Positions 36,800 through 49,241 of a stretch of 64,000 nt of DNA are shown here, piece after piece. The DNA is from Octopus sinensis (lineage: Eukaryota): NCBI RefSeq assembly GCF_006345805.1, contig NC_042997.1:43090001-43154000 (forward strand), given 5' to 3'. The translations under genes and the position numbers were made by a program. Position 1 is the stretch's first letter. The number at the start of each line of letters is the position of its first letter. Below the pieces are notes generated by a model. It was not told where the DNA came from, ran no database searches, and worked only from the letters and a program-made list of their open reading frames with translations.

Positions 36800-39700
36800 A
36801 TGGGGCAAACACACACCATCCGATCGTGGCCGTTCGCCAGCCTCATCTGGCACCTGTGCCGGTGGCACATAAAGACACCATCCGAAGACCAGGCGACGTA
36901 GTCAGTCCACCTGTGCATACCTTCCCTCTTATGACACTTGTGAAGACCTGTTGAGGCAAGTGTGTGACACTTGTGAAGACCTGTTGAGGCAGAGGCAAGT
37001 GTGTGACACTTGTGGAGACCTGTTGAGGCAAGTGTGTGACCCTTGTGAAGACCTGTTGAGGCAAGTGAAAATCAAACCAAATCAAAATAGATGAATATCA
37101 ATGGAATTTGTATCTTTGTGGTTCCAGTACCGGTGGCACACAAGAAAACCATCCGAACGTGGCCGTCGACTGGCCTCCATGCTGTGGGCACAACAACACC
37201 ACCATCTGATCGTGGCCGTTCGCCAGCCTCACCTGGCACCTGTGTCGGTGGCACATAAAAACACCATCCAAAGACCCGGCGACGTAGTCAGTCCACCTGT
37301 GCATACCTCCCTCTTATGACACTTGTGAAGACCTGTTGAGGCAGAGGCAAGTGTGTGACACTTTGTGAAGACCTGTTGAGGCAGAGGCAAGTGTGTGACA
37401 CTTGTGGAGACCTGTTGAGGCAAGTGTGTGACACGCGTGACACTTGTGAGACCTGTTGAGCAAGTGAAATCAAACCAAATCAAAATAGATGAACATCAAT
37501 GGAATTTGTATCTTTGTGGTTCCAGTACCGGTGGAACACAAGAAACCATCCGATCGTGGCCGTTCGCCAGCCACATCTGGCACCTGTGTTGGTGGCACAT
37601 AAAGACACCATCCGAAGACCCGGCGACGTAGACAGTCCACCTATGCATACCTTCCTTCTTGTGACACTTGTGAAGACCTGTTGAGGCAAGTGAAAATCAA
37701 ATCAATCAAATCAAATCAAAACAAATCAAAATAGATGAACATAAATGGAATTTGTATCTTTGTGTACCAGTGCCGGTGGCACACAAGAAAATCATCCGAA
37801 CGTGGCCGTAGCCAGTACCGCATAGACTGGCCTCCGTGCTTTGGGGACGTAACAAACACCATCCGATCGTGGCCGTCCGCCAGCCTCATCTGGCACCTGT
37901 GTCGGTGGCACATAAAAACACCATCCGAGCGTGGCCGTCTGCCAGCCTCGTCTGGCACCTGTGTCGGTGCACATAAAAACACCATCCGAGCGTGGCCGTT
38001 CGCCAGCCTCGTCTGGCACCTGTGTCGGTGGCACATAAAATCACCCACTACACTCTCGGAGTGGTTGGCGTTAGGAAGGGCATCCAGCTGTAGAAACACT
38101 GCCAGATCTGACTGGCCTGGTGCAGCCTTCGGGCTCCCCAGACCCCAGTTGAACCGTCCAACCCATGCTAGCATGGAAAACGGACGCTAAATGATGATGA
38201 TGATGATGATGATATATATATATATCTTCGAACTTTAGGTCTCACTAAGGAAATGTCTAGAGACCGAGACCTATGGAAGTATGCTGTGCATGAGAAGACC
38301 CGGCAAGACTAGTCAGGCCATAACCCGTGGCCCCGACCTGGGACGTAGTCAGTCCTGTGCATACCTTCCTTCTTGTGACACTTATGAAGACCTGTTGAGG
38401 CAAGTGAAAATCAAATCAAATCAAAACAAATCAAAATAGATGAACATCAGTGGAATTGTATTCTTTGTGGTACCAGTGCCGGTGGCACACAAGAAAACCA
38501 CCCAAACGTGGCCGTAACCAGTACCGCATCGACTGGCCTCCGTGCTGTGGGCACAACAAACACCATCCGATCGTGGCCGTTCGCCAGCCTCATCTGGCAC
38601 CTGTGCCGGTGGCACATAAAGACACCATCCGAAGACCCGGCGACGTAGTCAGTCCACCTGTGCATACCTTCCCTCTTATGACACTTGTGAAGACCTGTTG
38701 AGGCAAGTGTGTGACACTTGTGAAGACCTGTTGAGGCAAGTGAAAATCAAAATCAAACCAAATCAAAATAGATGAATATCAATGGAATTTGTATCTTTGA
38801 AGACCTGTTGAGGCAAGTGTGTGACACTTGTGAAGACCTGTTGAGGCAAGTGAAAATCAAACCAAATCAAAATAGATGAATATCAATGGAATTTGTATCT
38901 TTGTGGTTCCAGTACCGGTGGCACACAAGAAAACCATCCGAAGTGGCCGTAGCTGGTACCGCATCGACTGGCCTCCGTGCTGTGGGCACAACAAACACCA
39001 TCTGATCGTGGCGTTCGCCAGCCTCACCTGGCACCTGTGTCGGTGGCACATAAAAACAACCCATCCAAAGACCCGGCGACGTAGTCAGTCCACCTGTGCA
39101 TACCTTCCCTCTTATGACACTTGTGAAGACCTGTTGAGGCAGAGGCAAGTGTGTGACACTTGTGAAGACCTGTTGAGGCAGAGGCAAGTGTGTGACACTT
39201 GTGGAGACCTGTTGAGGCAAGTGTGTGACACGCGTGACACTTGTGAAGACCTGTTGAGGCAAGTGAAAATCAAACCAAATCAAAATAGATGAACATCAAT
39301 GGAATTTGTATCTTTGTGGTTCCAGTACCGGTGGCACACAAGAAAACCATCCGATCCGATCGTGGCCGTTCGCCAGCCACATCTGGCACCTGTGTCGGTG
39401 GCACATAAAGACACCATCCGAAGACCCGGCGACGTAGACAGTCCACCTGTGCATACCTTCCTTCTTGTGACACTTGTGAAGACCTGTTGAGGCAAGTGAC
39501 ACTTGTGAAGACCTGTTGAGGCAAGTGAAAATCAATCAAATCAAAACAATCAAAATAGATGAACATAAATGGAATTTGTATCTTTGTGGTACCAGTGCCG
39601 GTGGCACACAAGAAAATCATCCGAACGTGGCCGTAGCCAGTACCGCATAGACTGGCCTCCGTGCTTTGGGGACGTAACAAACACCATCCGATCGTGGCCG

Positions 39701-40120
39701 TCCGCCAGCCTCATCTGGCACCTGTGTCGGTGGCACATAAAAACACCATCCGAGCGTGGCCGTCTGCCAGCCTCGTCTGGCACCTGCCAGCCTCATCTGG
39801 CACCTGTGTCGGTGGCACATAAAAACACCATCCGAGCGTGGCCGTCTGCCAGCCTCGTCTGGCACCTGTGTCGGTGGCACATAAAAACACCATCCGAGCG
39901 TGGCCGTTCGCCAGCCTCGTCTGGCACCTGTGTCGGTGGCACATAAAATCACCCACTACACTCTCGGAGTGGTTGGCGTTAGGAAGGGCATCCAGCTGTA
40001 GAAACACTGCCAGATCTGACTGGCCTGGTGCAGCCTTCGGGCTCCCCAGACCCCAGTTGAACCGTCCAACCCATGCTAGCATGGAAAACGGACGCTAAAT
40101 GATGATGATGATGATGATGA
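36800..40120 (+). repeat. Higher-order array derived from RTE 3' UTRs (two tailed blocks, 36800-38210 and 38227-40120)
   Basis: Second block starts with the RTE ORF end (LRTLGLTKEMSRDRDLWKYAVHEKTRQD*). Both blocks end in the canonical RTE tail plus (TGA)n. The interior has about 400-bp super-units made of 33/39-bp and about 60-bp subunits. Confidence 0.88.
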
Positions 40121-40212
40121 TATATACACATATATATATATACATATATATATACCATACCATACTTTTTTATTTATATATATATATATTATATATATAT
40201 ACACACAATATA

Positions 40213-41128
40213 CAGGTGGGCTGAGGACAACAACATGCAGTTTAATGCAGGTAAGTTCCAGGCCCTGCGCTACTGGCACACAAAGGTAAATGACGTGAAG
40301 ACTGGATACACTGGCCCAGGAAGAATTGCAATCCCTGAGTCAAAATCAGTGCGTGACCTGGGCATTGACATGAGCAATGATGCATCTTTCCAAATGCATA
40401 TTGCTAATCTGGTGATAAAATGCAGACGGCTAGCTGGATGGATTCTCCGAACTTTCAGAACAAGAGAGAAGGAGACACTGATGGTCCTATGGAAAACATT
40501 TGTCCTCAGCCGCTTGGACTACTGCTCCCAACTTTGGTCACCACACAATATAAAACAAACAGCAGAACTCGAAGCAACTCAGAGAAGCTACACAAAGAAA
40601 ATCGTCTCAATGCAAAATGTCAGCTACTGGGAAAGACTGAAGGTATTAAACCTCTTCTCCCTGGAGCGGAGGCGGGAGAGATATGCAGTAATATACATCT
40701 GGAAAATCCTGGAGGGTCTTGTCCCAAACTTTGGCATTCAAAGTTACTCCAACCGCAGAACGGGGCGCCGCTGCGTGGTGCCAAGGATTCCAACATCACC
40801 ATCAAAATACAGGTCCAGATACTGCAACAGCTTGGGTTTCAGAGGACCACCAGCTTTTCAACATCCTCCCTAAATGCCTGAGAGACTTACATGGTGTGGA
40901 TGTGGGTTTCTTTAAAACTAAACTGGATCTCTTCTTGTTGGGAGTCCCAGATGAACCTACCTCACGACAGGAGACACGGATGCGGGCAGCAGCATCGAAC
41001 TCCCTTGTTGATCAAGTGCCACGTATCAGAGGTGGATTCACAAACTAGTGTGGCTCATTCAGCGGTGGTGCCCCAGCATGGCCGCGGCCTTCGGGCTAAA
41101 ACATTTTTAAGGATTTAAGGATTTAAGG
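40213..41128 (+). mobile_element. 5'-truncated CR1-like LINE (RT thumb and C-terminus)
   Basis: MQFNAGKFQAL..VRDLGI..WILRTF..RLDYCSQLWSP..LFSLERRRERY..QLFNILP; one frameshift near 40850, stop at 41046-41048, tail (AAGGATTT)n; flanked by (TA)n. Confidence 0.88.
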
Positions 41129-41180
<52 letters not shown>

Positions 41181-41364
41181 TTATATAATATATATATATA
41201 TAACACACACTATATATATATATATATACACACACACATATATATATATATATATTAATATACACACACACACACATATATATTATATATATATATATAT
41301 ATTATATATATATACACACATATATATATATATATATATATCACATATATATATATATATATAT

Positions 41365-41402
<38 letters not shown>

Positions 41403-41414
41403 TATATGTATATA

Positions 41415-42094
41415 TAACTTAGAATAACTTAGAAAGGTTTTGGCCAGTATTGGCCCAGGCCATGTCTAACTTAATAGCACCACCTGGTGAAGTCTTTCAG
41501 TTCAGGATTTGGGCACCAAGGCCCATTCGAGCAGAGAGTTATTGTTTGCGGAGACATATCCGGGTGGGGTGGTTTGACCGGTGCTGTTTGAAGGATTTGT
41601 CCAAAGACTTTCTTGATTTTGTGTGGTCAGTTTCTTTTTTGACGTGCCCTGGTGTAATGTTGAAGAGAGCAGATCCAATTGAGGTGAAATAGTTGTGCCG
41701 TATTGTCGTTATGTGATGCGATTTAGATTTTTGTTGTGGACGGATGGCACGTGGTCCAAGCCTTGGATGCATTTTGAAGGTGATGCCAACATCATTCGGA
41801 CAGTGCTGGTGGAATATTTTCCACATCATACAGATAATGTAGCGTTCACGGCGTTGTTGGAGTGAATACAATTTCAGCTTCTCTAGTCTACCCCAGTAGT
41901 CAAGGTCTGACATGCCATCTATCTTTTTTGTGATTGACCTTTGGGGAGCTTCAATTCTCATAATATTTTGTTTTGTGTAGGGAGACCACAGTGGACAGCA
42001 GTATTCAAGGTGGGGTTGGGCAAAAGTGGAGAAGAGAAGGATAATAGCGTGGGAATCTCTCGACTGGAAGGTTCTGAGAATCCAGGAACACATC
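41415..42094 (-). mobile_element. 5'-truncated CR1-like LINE, second family
   Basis: CSWILRTF..PHLEYCCPLWSP..LYSLQQRRERY..ALFNITP; tail (TTCTAAGTTA)n abutting (TA)n. Confidence 0.87.
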
Positions 42095-42469
42095 AGGAAA
42101 AAGGTAAGAAAAAATTTCTATCATTGATATTTTGAGCTAACAATTTGAATTTTTCTCAAATATACATTCAGAAAGGCCTTTTTCAGCTGAGAAGATTCAC
42201 GGAATAATTTTTGTTTCTCTTTGAGCATATTTTCCGAAAGTTTATTCTGAAACCTTTTCGCATTTAATTAAAAAGGCATAACTTTGAAAAAATTTGCTTG
42301 AAATTATTGCGAATTTCAGTGCCCACGCAAATTGTTTTGAAGCTACCCCAAGCATTAAAGTCTGACGACGGATCTGAATACAAAACCAGAGTACTGACCC
42401 TAAAATTTATGAATTTATAGAATTTGGTTTCTTATGTCACAAACGACTCACCCTGTCATTGCATATATA

Positions 42470-42882
42470 CTCTCTCTTTTACTCTTTTACTTGTTTCAGT
42501 CATTTGACTGCGGCCATGCTGGAGCACCGCCTTTAATCGAGCAACTCGACCCCGGGACTTAGTCTTTGTAAGCCCAGTACTTATTCTATCGGTCTCTTTT
42601 TGCAGAAACAATTAAGTGACGGGGACATAAACACACCAGCATCGGTTGTCAAGCAATGCTAGGGGGACAAACACAAACATACACGCACACACACATATAC
42701 ATATATATATACATATATACGACGGGCTTCTTTCAGTTTCCGTCTACCAAATCCACTCACAAGGCATTGGTCGGCCCGGGGCTATAGTAGAAGACAATTG
42801 CCCAAGGTGCCACGCAGTGGGACTGAACCCGGAACCATGTAGTTCATAAACAAGCTACTTACCACACAGCCACTCCTGCGCC
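42470..42882 (-). mobile_element. SINE family B
   Basis: Full reverse copy. Confidence 0.87.
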
Positions 42883-43049
42883 TATATATATATAAATCAG
42901 TATAAATTATTGGTTAAATCGTTTTTATTCAATCCACATTAGTGTAAGATCACTCAACAAAGTATACCTTTAGTTCAGTGTACTACGGGGTGTTGATGCA
43001 ATAAGGAATCGCTGCCGAAAAGGAGAACTGAAGCAATCATTGCTGAATT

Positions 43050-43735
43050 CCCAATCTGATTGATCTAATGCTAAACAGAAGAGAATTGCAAACAAAGTTT
43101 CGCAACTCAAGGAAGGTAGTGTTAGTTTTGCAGAGTCTTTGACACCCTCATTGAATGATATAGGATAAGTCGACTGCCAACCAGTGCAGCCAGTTCTAGC
43201 AAAGTTTGATCCAAAGACTTATTGAAATCAGAAACATGACTTTTGCTCAAGCGGATACTTGTTTTATTAAAGAGAGATATTCTAACTGGTGTCACGTAAA
43301 AGAGAAAAACTTTGCAGCCCATATCCAAGCTATGGTTACTTGAATGAAATGCCAACTGCGTTTATCCCCGACATCCGTGTCTTCAATTTTGCAAGATGAT
43401 TAATTGAGCAAAAACCATTACTATACCAATTCAATTGCTGATATTATGCATTTTCTTTACGCAAACGAATTGCTTCTTCGAGGAAATGAAAAGGAAGCTT
43501 TTGAGGATTTTTATTCGGAAGGTGAGACGCAGCCTTGTGGGTTTTTTTATGAAATTATTCTAATAAACATTAGAGAAAGACTCAAAGCTAATGGAATGTT
43601 ACAGCATGATTTCAAAAAATTTCAGTAGCAATGCAAAACGAAATCATCAAATTGTTGAGGAGATACACTGTCAGCTTTGTTGTCGATGAAATAAAATGTT
43701 CCGATGTTCCATACTTTATGCTGAAATGTAAGGAA
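43050..43735 (+). pseudogene. hAT (ZMYM1/DUF4371-like) transposase relic
   Basis: Relic peptides YSNWCHVKEKNF, IADIMHFLYANELLLRGNE and SVAMQNEIIKLL..VVDEIK..YFML follow the order of the family motifs FSNWK, LALRGH and SxxIQNEII..EIK..FS; frameshifted. Confidence 0.5.
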
Positions 43736-43739
43736 CACA

Positions 43740-44225
43740 TAATTTTGGGAAAATTTAAAAAAAATTTTCCATAAAAATTTTTTATGAAAATTTTCAAAAA
43801 ATTTTTTTTTTAATTTTTAGGGAAAATTTTCAAAAAATTTTTGGGGAAAATTTTCCAAAAACTTTTATAAAAATTTTTGGAGAAAATTTAAAAAAAATTT
43901 TCATAAAAATTCTTGGGAAAAATTTTCAAAAAATTTTCATAAAAATCTTTGGGGAAAATTTTCCAAAAATTTTCAAAAAATTTTCAAAAAATTTTTCATA
44001 AAAATTTTTGGGGATAATTTAAAAAAAATTTTTTTTTTTATTTTTAGGGAAAATTTTCAAAAAAATTTTTGGGGAAAATTTTCAAAATATTTTTCTAAAA
44101 ATTTTTGGGGATAATTAAAAAAAAATTTTTTTAAAATTTTTGGGGAAAATTTTCAAAAGATTTTTCTAAAAATTATTGGGGAAAATTAAAAAAAAATTTT
44201 CCATTAAAATTTTTGGGGAAAATTT
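43740..44225. repeat. Homopolymer-run satellite (AAAATTTT / GGGG units)
   Basis: About 480 bp of alternating A-runs and T-runs punctuated by GGGG or C, e.g. aaaatttttggggaaaattttcaaaaa. Confidence 0.85.
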
Positions 44226-44495
44226 CAGGGGCTGCTGGCATTGACCATGTTCAGATGGTGCCTTTTACGTTCCACTGGCATGGGAGCCAGGGGGCACTGG
44301 CTTGAGCCACGTTTGGATGGTGGGGGGGCTTTTACATGTCACTGGCATGGGAGCCAGTCAGGGGGCACAGGCATCGACCCCTTTTGCATGGTGCTTTTTA
44401 TGTATCACCAGTACAGGAGCCAGGCAGTAGGGCACTGGATTCGATCATGTTCAGATGGTGCTTTTTAGTTGCCACCAGCATGAGAGCCAGTCATA

Positions 44496-44898
44496 GGTTC
44501 AGGAGTGGTTGTGTGGTAAGTAACTTCCTTACCAACCACATGATTCTGGGTTCAGTCCCACTGCATGGCACCTTGGGCAAGTGTCTTCTACTATAACCTT
44601 GGGTCAACCAAAGCTTTGAGGGTGGATTTATTAGATGGAAACTGAAAAGAAACCAGTTTTTTATATATATATGTGTGTGTGTGTGTGTGTTTGTATATAT
44701 GTGTACATGCTTGTGTATCTGTGTTTGTCCTTCTACCATGGCTTGACAACTGATGATGGCATGTCTACTTCCCCATAACCTAGCGGTTCAGCAAAGAATA
44801 AGTGCTAGGCTTACAAAGAATAAGTCATGGGGTCGATTTGTTCGACTAAAGGCAGTGTCCCTGCATGGCCACAGTCAAATGACTGAAACAAATAAAAG
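44496..44898 (+). mobile_element. SINE family B (diverged), preceded by a reverse RTE 3' UTR relic at about 44235-44490
   Basis: Head, TA/TG core and tail recognisable but diverged. Confidence 0.78.
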
Positions 44899-45120
44899 AA
44901 TCTATATATATATATTTCGTGATGTCCTTAAAGCTGGGATCTTTTCAGTACGCTCACCCCCATATATAAAACCATTGCATGACAGTTTTTGTCTTTCTCT
45001 GATTTTCTGAACTTTTATGCTGTAACAAATACATGAGATGATCACTGAACCTGTATAGCACAGTATTATGGCATGCTTATGACACACCCATATTAAGTAG
45101 AATATAAAGATTGCTACATA

Positions 45121-45629
45121 CCGTAAATCCTCGAGTATAGCCCGCCCTTGAGGGGATTTTTAGGGGGCTGTACCTCTGAAAAACCTAAACCTTGTGTATA
45201 ATATGCACCCCTTCTCTAACTTGATTTGTGTGTAATTAAGCCAGCAGCACCTAGTTGGACAAACACTTCCGCCCATGCGTAATACAATAATGGTGATGTT
45301 CTTAACTGTTATATGGGAATGTAAATATGTTTGCAAATTGTTTTGTTACATGTTATTCTGTGTTCCGAATACTTTTATTTTAATAAATGTTGCTTACTGC
45401 AAGTTATGGATGATTCTTTTATGACTTCATTGCTTTCAGGCTTAGCTTAAGGTATTTTCGCGCCCGACATCACAAAATGCGTCTGAATAAACATTTCCAG
45501 ACAGCAAATAGAGACTTGGACATTGCTTAGGATATATTTTTCATTTTTAACCTCATATATAGTACGCACTAGGGATTATGACCTTTAATTTTGGGGAAAA
45601 AATTGTGGATTATACTCGAGGATTTATGG
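45121..45629. mobile_element. Tc1/mariner-superfamily (pogo/Tc2-like) MITE
   Basis: TA|CCGTAAATCCTCGAGTATA ... TATACTCGAGGATTTATGG|TA. Confidence 0.82.
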
Positions 45630-46244
45630 TATGTATACATGTAAATGTATACATGTATACATGTATACATGTAAATGTATGTGCATGTGAGTGTCTCCTT
45701 GTCATGACATCTTGTGATAGTTGTAACCAAGTGTTATTCGTTCCCAGTTTTCTGCAAGAGCATGTCCAGCTATTGGGGAAATATTACTTTGCTTGGGAAC
45801 AGATAAGGGCTGGTGACAGGAAGGGCATCTGGCTGTAGAAAATCTAGCTCAGTATATGCTGTCCAACCCATGCAAGCATGGAAAAGTAGATGTTAAATGA
45901 TGATGAGGATTCTGCTGGTCTATGATATTCACTTCACTAAATATAGCTCTTTGTCAAGATAGAAGATTCACTGATTGCAGTATCACTTACTTAAGCATAA
46001 TAGTTTTGTGTTTAGTTAAAAACAAAAATAACTATAAATACTCAAGCAGAATATATTTTTAATATATCGAATCATTAGCTAAGCTGAACATTTTTGAACA
46101 TACAGTACAGTTACAGATGAGAATGGACAAGAGTTCTTCTCTGGGTAGTTGTAAACAGAATTTGCTCCTTAGTTTTCTATGAAAATAGACTTTATTTTGG
46201 GCATCCTCACACCTGACATGTACTCTTTGTAAACCATTTCTATA

Positions 46245-47539
46245 TAAAAGGTTTGTCTGAAAAGTAACAGGATTAGGTGTGCTGTGTGAGCTATGGGTGA
46301 AAGAAGTGGAGGCGCAATGGCCCAGTGGTTAGGGCAGCGGATTCGCGGTCATAGGATCTCGGTTTCGATTCCCAGACCGGGCGTTGTGAGTGTTTATTGA
46401 GCGAAAACACCTAAAGCTCCACGAGGCTCCAGCAGGGGATGGTGGTGATCCCTGCTGTACTCTTTCACCACAACTTTCTCTCACTCTTTCTTCCTGTTTC
46501 TGTTGTACCTGTATTTCAAAGGGCCGGCCTTGTCACTCTCTGTGTCACGCTGAATATCCCCGAGAACTACGTTAAGGGTACACGTGTCTGTGGAGTGCTC
46601 AGCCACTTACACGTTAATTTCACGAGCAGGCTGTTCCGTTGATTCGGATCAACCGGAACCCTCGTCGTCGGAACTGACGGAGTGCTTCCATCCATGGGTG
46701 AAAGAAGGGTAAGAGGATTGTGTTATCATTTAATATGATATCTTGGGATTATATTACTGTAATCATAGCTTTCTGCAACCATTGCATATTTTCACATACT
46801 TTTGTTTACACCTCATTTTTAGGTCATTCAGCTATGAGTATTGAGTAATGAATGATGAACACCGAGCAATGAATAAACCTGAAATTTTTTATCTGGTTGG
46901 AGAAAAACTCCATCACAAGCACTTGAAATGCTTCAGCAAGTGTATGGAGATAACACCATGTCATGCACATGTGTTTTTGAGTGGCACAAGAGGCTCAAAG
47001 AGGGGAACAAGGAAGTGGAAGATGGCTCCATGAATAGGAGGCCTTCAACAAGCAGGACTAAGGTCAATGTTAAGCAGTCAATAAGCAATTCTACAAAGAG
47101 ATCCTGTGACATTTACTTTGCTCAGTGTGCTAGAAGAGATGAGAGTTGTGGCAGGGCAAATTGTGGCTGCTTCACCATGGCAGAGTACTTGCTCACAACA
47201 CCCTCAGCATCCGGCAGTTCTTGGCCAAAAAGAACATCGCCATACTGGAACAACCTCCCTACTCACCTGATCTTACTCTGTATGACTTTTTTCTTTTCCT
47301 CAAGCTCAAGAGGATCATCAAAGGGACCTATTTTGAAGGCATGTAGGCCATCAAGAGGGCTGTAGTAATGGATTGGCCTATCCCAAATGGATCCTTCCAG
47401 CAGTGCATAGAAGTGTGGTAGAAAAGGATGCATTAGACCCGAGAGGAATTACTTTGAAGGGAAAACCATGAAGATTGTTGTTTGAAATTGAAATAAATTG
47501 TTTGTGACACCAGCCCTCTTACTTTTCAGACAGACTTTG
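46245..47539 (+). mobile_element. Dead mariner transposon with nested SINE
   Basis: TIRs GTTTGTCTGAAAAGTAA / TTACTTTTCAGACAGACTTTG|TA. Relics MLQQVYGDNTMSCTCVFEWHKR and QFLAKKNIAILEQPPYSPDLTLYDFFLF; catalytic centre deleted. Confidence 0.82.
46307..46693 (+). mobile_element. SINE family A
   Basis: 14-bp TSD atgggtgaaagaag (46293-46306, 46694-46707). Confidence 0.92.
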
Positions 47540-47827
47540 TATTTAGCATTTTTTTTTATCACTCATCTTATTATAGATTATAGAACTGTTACAACTTTTC
47601 TGTTAGTTTTCAAAAGAAAGAATTGGACTTTTGTAGCCAGACTCTTGTCTTGCAATTTGACTCAGCAGAATTATACTATTTGTGGTACTTCACCATAACT
47701 TGTGCAATAATTATTTTGATTAGAGACAAGTTGAAAATATTAGGAGATGGTTATCAGCATTAAAATATTGAATGAAAATAAAAAACAAGAATTCCAGTTA
47801 TGAAATAACAAAAATATTTATTCCAGA

Positions 47828-48195
47828 CTAGCAGTATCGCCCGGCGTTGCTCGGGTTTGTAAAGGAAATAACTATATAAGCATTTTTAGAGAGTTATAGC
47901 CAAAAAATAGCAAAAAAATGCATTAAAAATGGAAAAAAAATTATGGTAAATTTTTTAAAAAATCGTTGACTCATTGTAGACATTTTTAGAGAGTTACTTC
48001 CCTTATATAATAGCGAAAAAAATGATGGTAAATTTTTTTTTAAATCGTAGACTCATGCTAATACCCAGAAGGGCTCGATATGAATCACGACTATAAGATA
48101 CCCGGTTTTGGTTAAACTGCACCACAAAATGTGGGAGTAGTTAGGAATCTAAATCGTAGGAGACAGACAGACAACTTTACTTTTATATATAAAGA
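47828..48195 (-). mobile_element. Non-autonomous Helitron (monomer)
   Basis: Same family as 22949-23733: A|TC ... hairpin-CTAG|T. Confidence 0.88.
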
Positions 48196-48422
48196 TTACA
48201 TTTATTTTTTTCCTTCTGTAAATATACATGCTATATACAATTAATGTGTGTGAATACTAAAATCCAGTTGTGTAGACATTGTTTTTATAAGCCTCACCTG
48301 GAATAAAGTAGAATGGGGGTGGGGGGGCTTGAATATCTATGAGTAACAGACCTGGTGGAATTTAGACGCAAAACTATAAAGTAACAAAACATTTGTCAAT
48401 TATCATGATTCTATTGCTTCGA

Positions 48423-48760
48423 AAGGGTAAAGGCCCCACTTCAGTCATGAATGACCTTGGAATTACCCCTAGAAAGTTTCCTTCTGACGTACATATCCAG
48501 GCAAGGTTGTTTTTTGGAAGACCAGTAGTCACTCATGGATACCAGCCTCCCCTCTCCATGCCACTGATGTTATCCAAAGGAAAGGCAAAGGGGCCGATAC
48601 AGCTTGGCACCAGTGATGTCGCAACACATTTCTACAGCTGAGTGAACTGGAGCAACATGAAATAAACCATCTTGCTCAGGAGTACAACACACAGCCTGGT
48701 TCAGGGATTGAACTCACTACCTTATGATTGTGAGCCCAATGCTCTAACCATTAAGCCATA
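48423..48760 (-). mobile_element. SINE family C (diverged)
   Basis: Homologous to 12456-12790. Confidence 0.75.
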
Positions 48761-49241
48761 GCAATGAATTATCTCATAACATCAACTGGATTAGCTTATT
48801 TGAGAGAAAAGCATCTAGTCTAAGCGAATGATTCTCAACATTTTTAACTTGGTGGTACACTGGGGGGTGAAATAAAAATTATAGGTGCATGAAAAGTTAA
48901 AAAAACAAACAAACTATATTTTAAAGTTAAATATTTTGAAAAAAATGTACCTTGTTTTATTAACCATACTTGTGTATAACAAAATTATGATTACTCCTTT
49001 AGCATTTAAACCAGTTATTCTGCCTGATGATGTGGAGGAAAGAATTATGACGGTGAAAATGATTATGAATCTGGCTTTATCATCATACTGGTGTTTAATT
49101 AAATATGTTGCCTATATTAACTCTCATTACTTTAGTACAATCTACTGGATGAAAAGCAAAATTGACCTTGGGGGAATTTGAATTCACCATATACAAATAT
49201 GTATTTCCCCTTTGATGCTTTAACAATTCTGATATCAAATA

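Noticed and set aside
35446-36918. YI-repeat ORFs
   Set aside because: Translations of (TA)n.
36930-39530. CRISPR-like appearance: 33-bp hairpin-forming direct repeats and about 60-bp repeats with variable interiors
   Set aside because: No unique spacers, units are directly tandem and derive from RTE 3' UTR, no cas genes, eukaryotic context.
37101-40098. Many overlapping 60-150 aa Cys/His-rich ORFs (CHRHRC, DTCEDLL repeats)
   Set aside because: By-products of stop-poor tandem repeats with unit lengths divisible by three; no splice or start context supports a gene.
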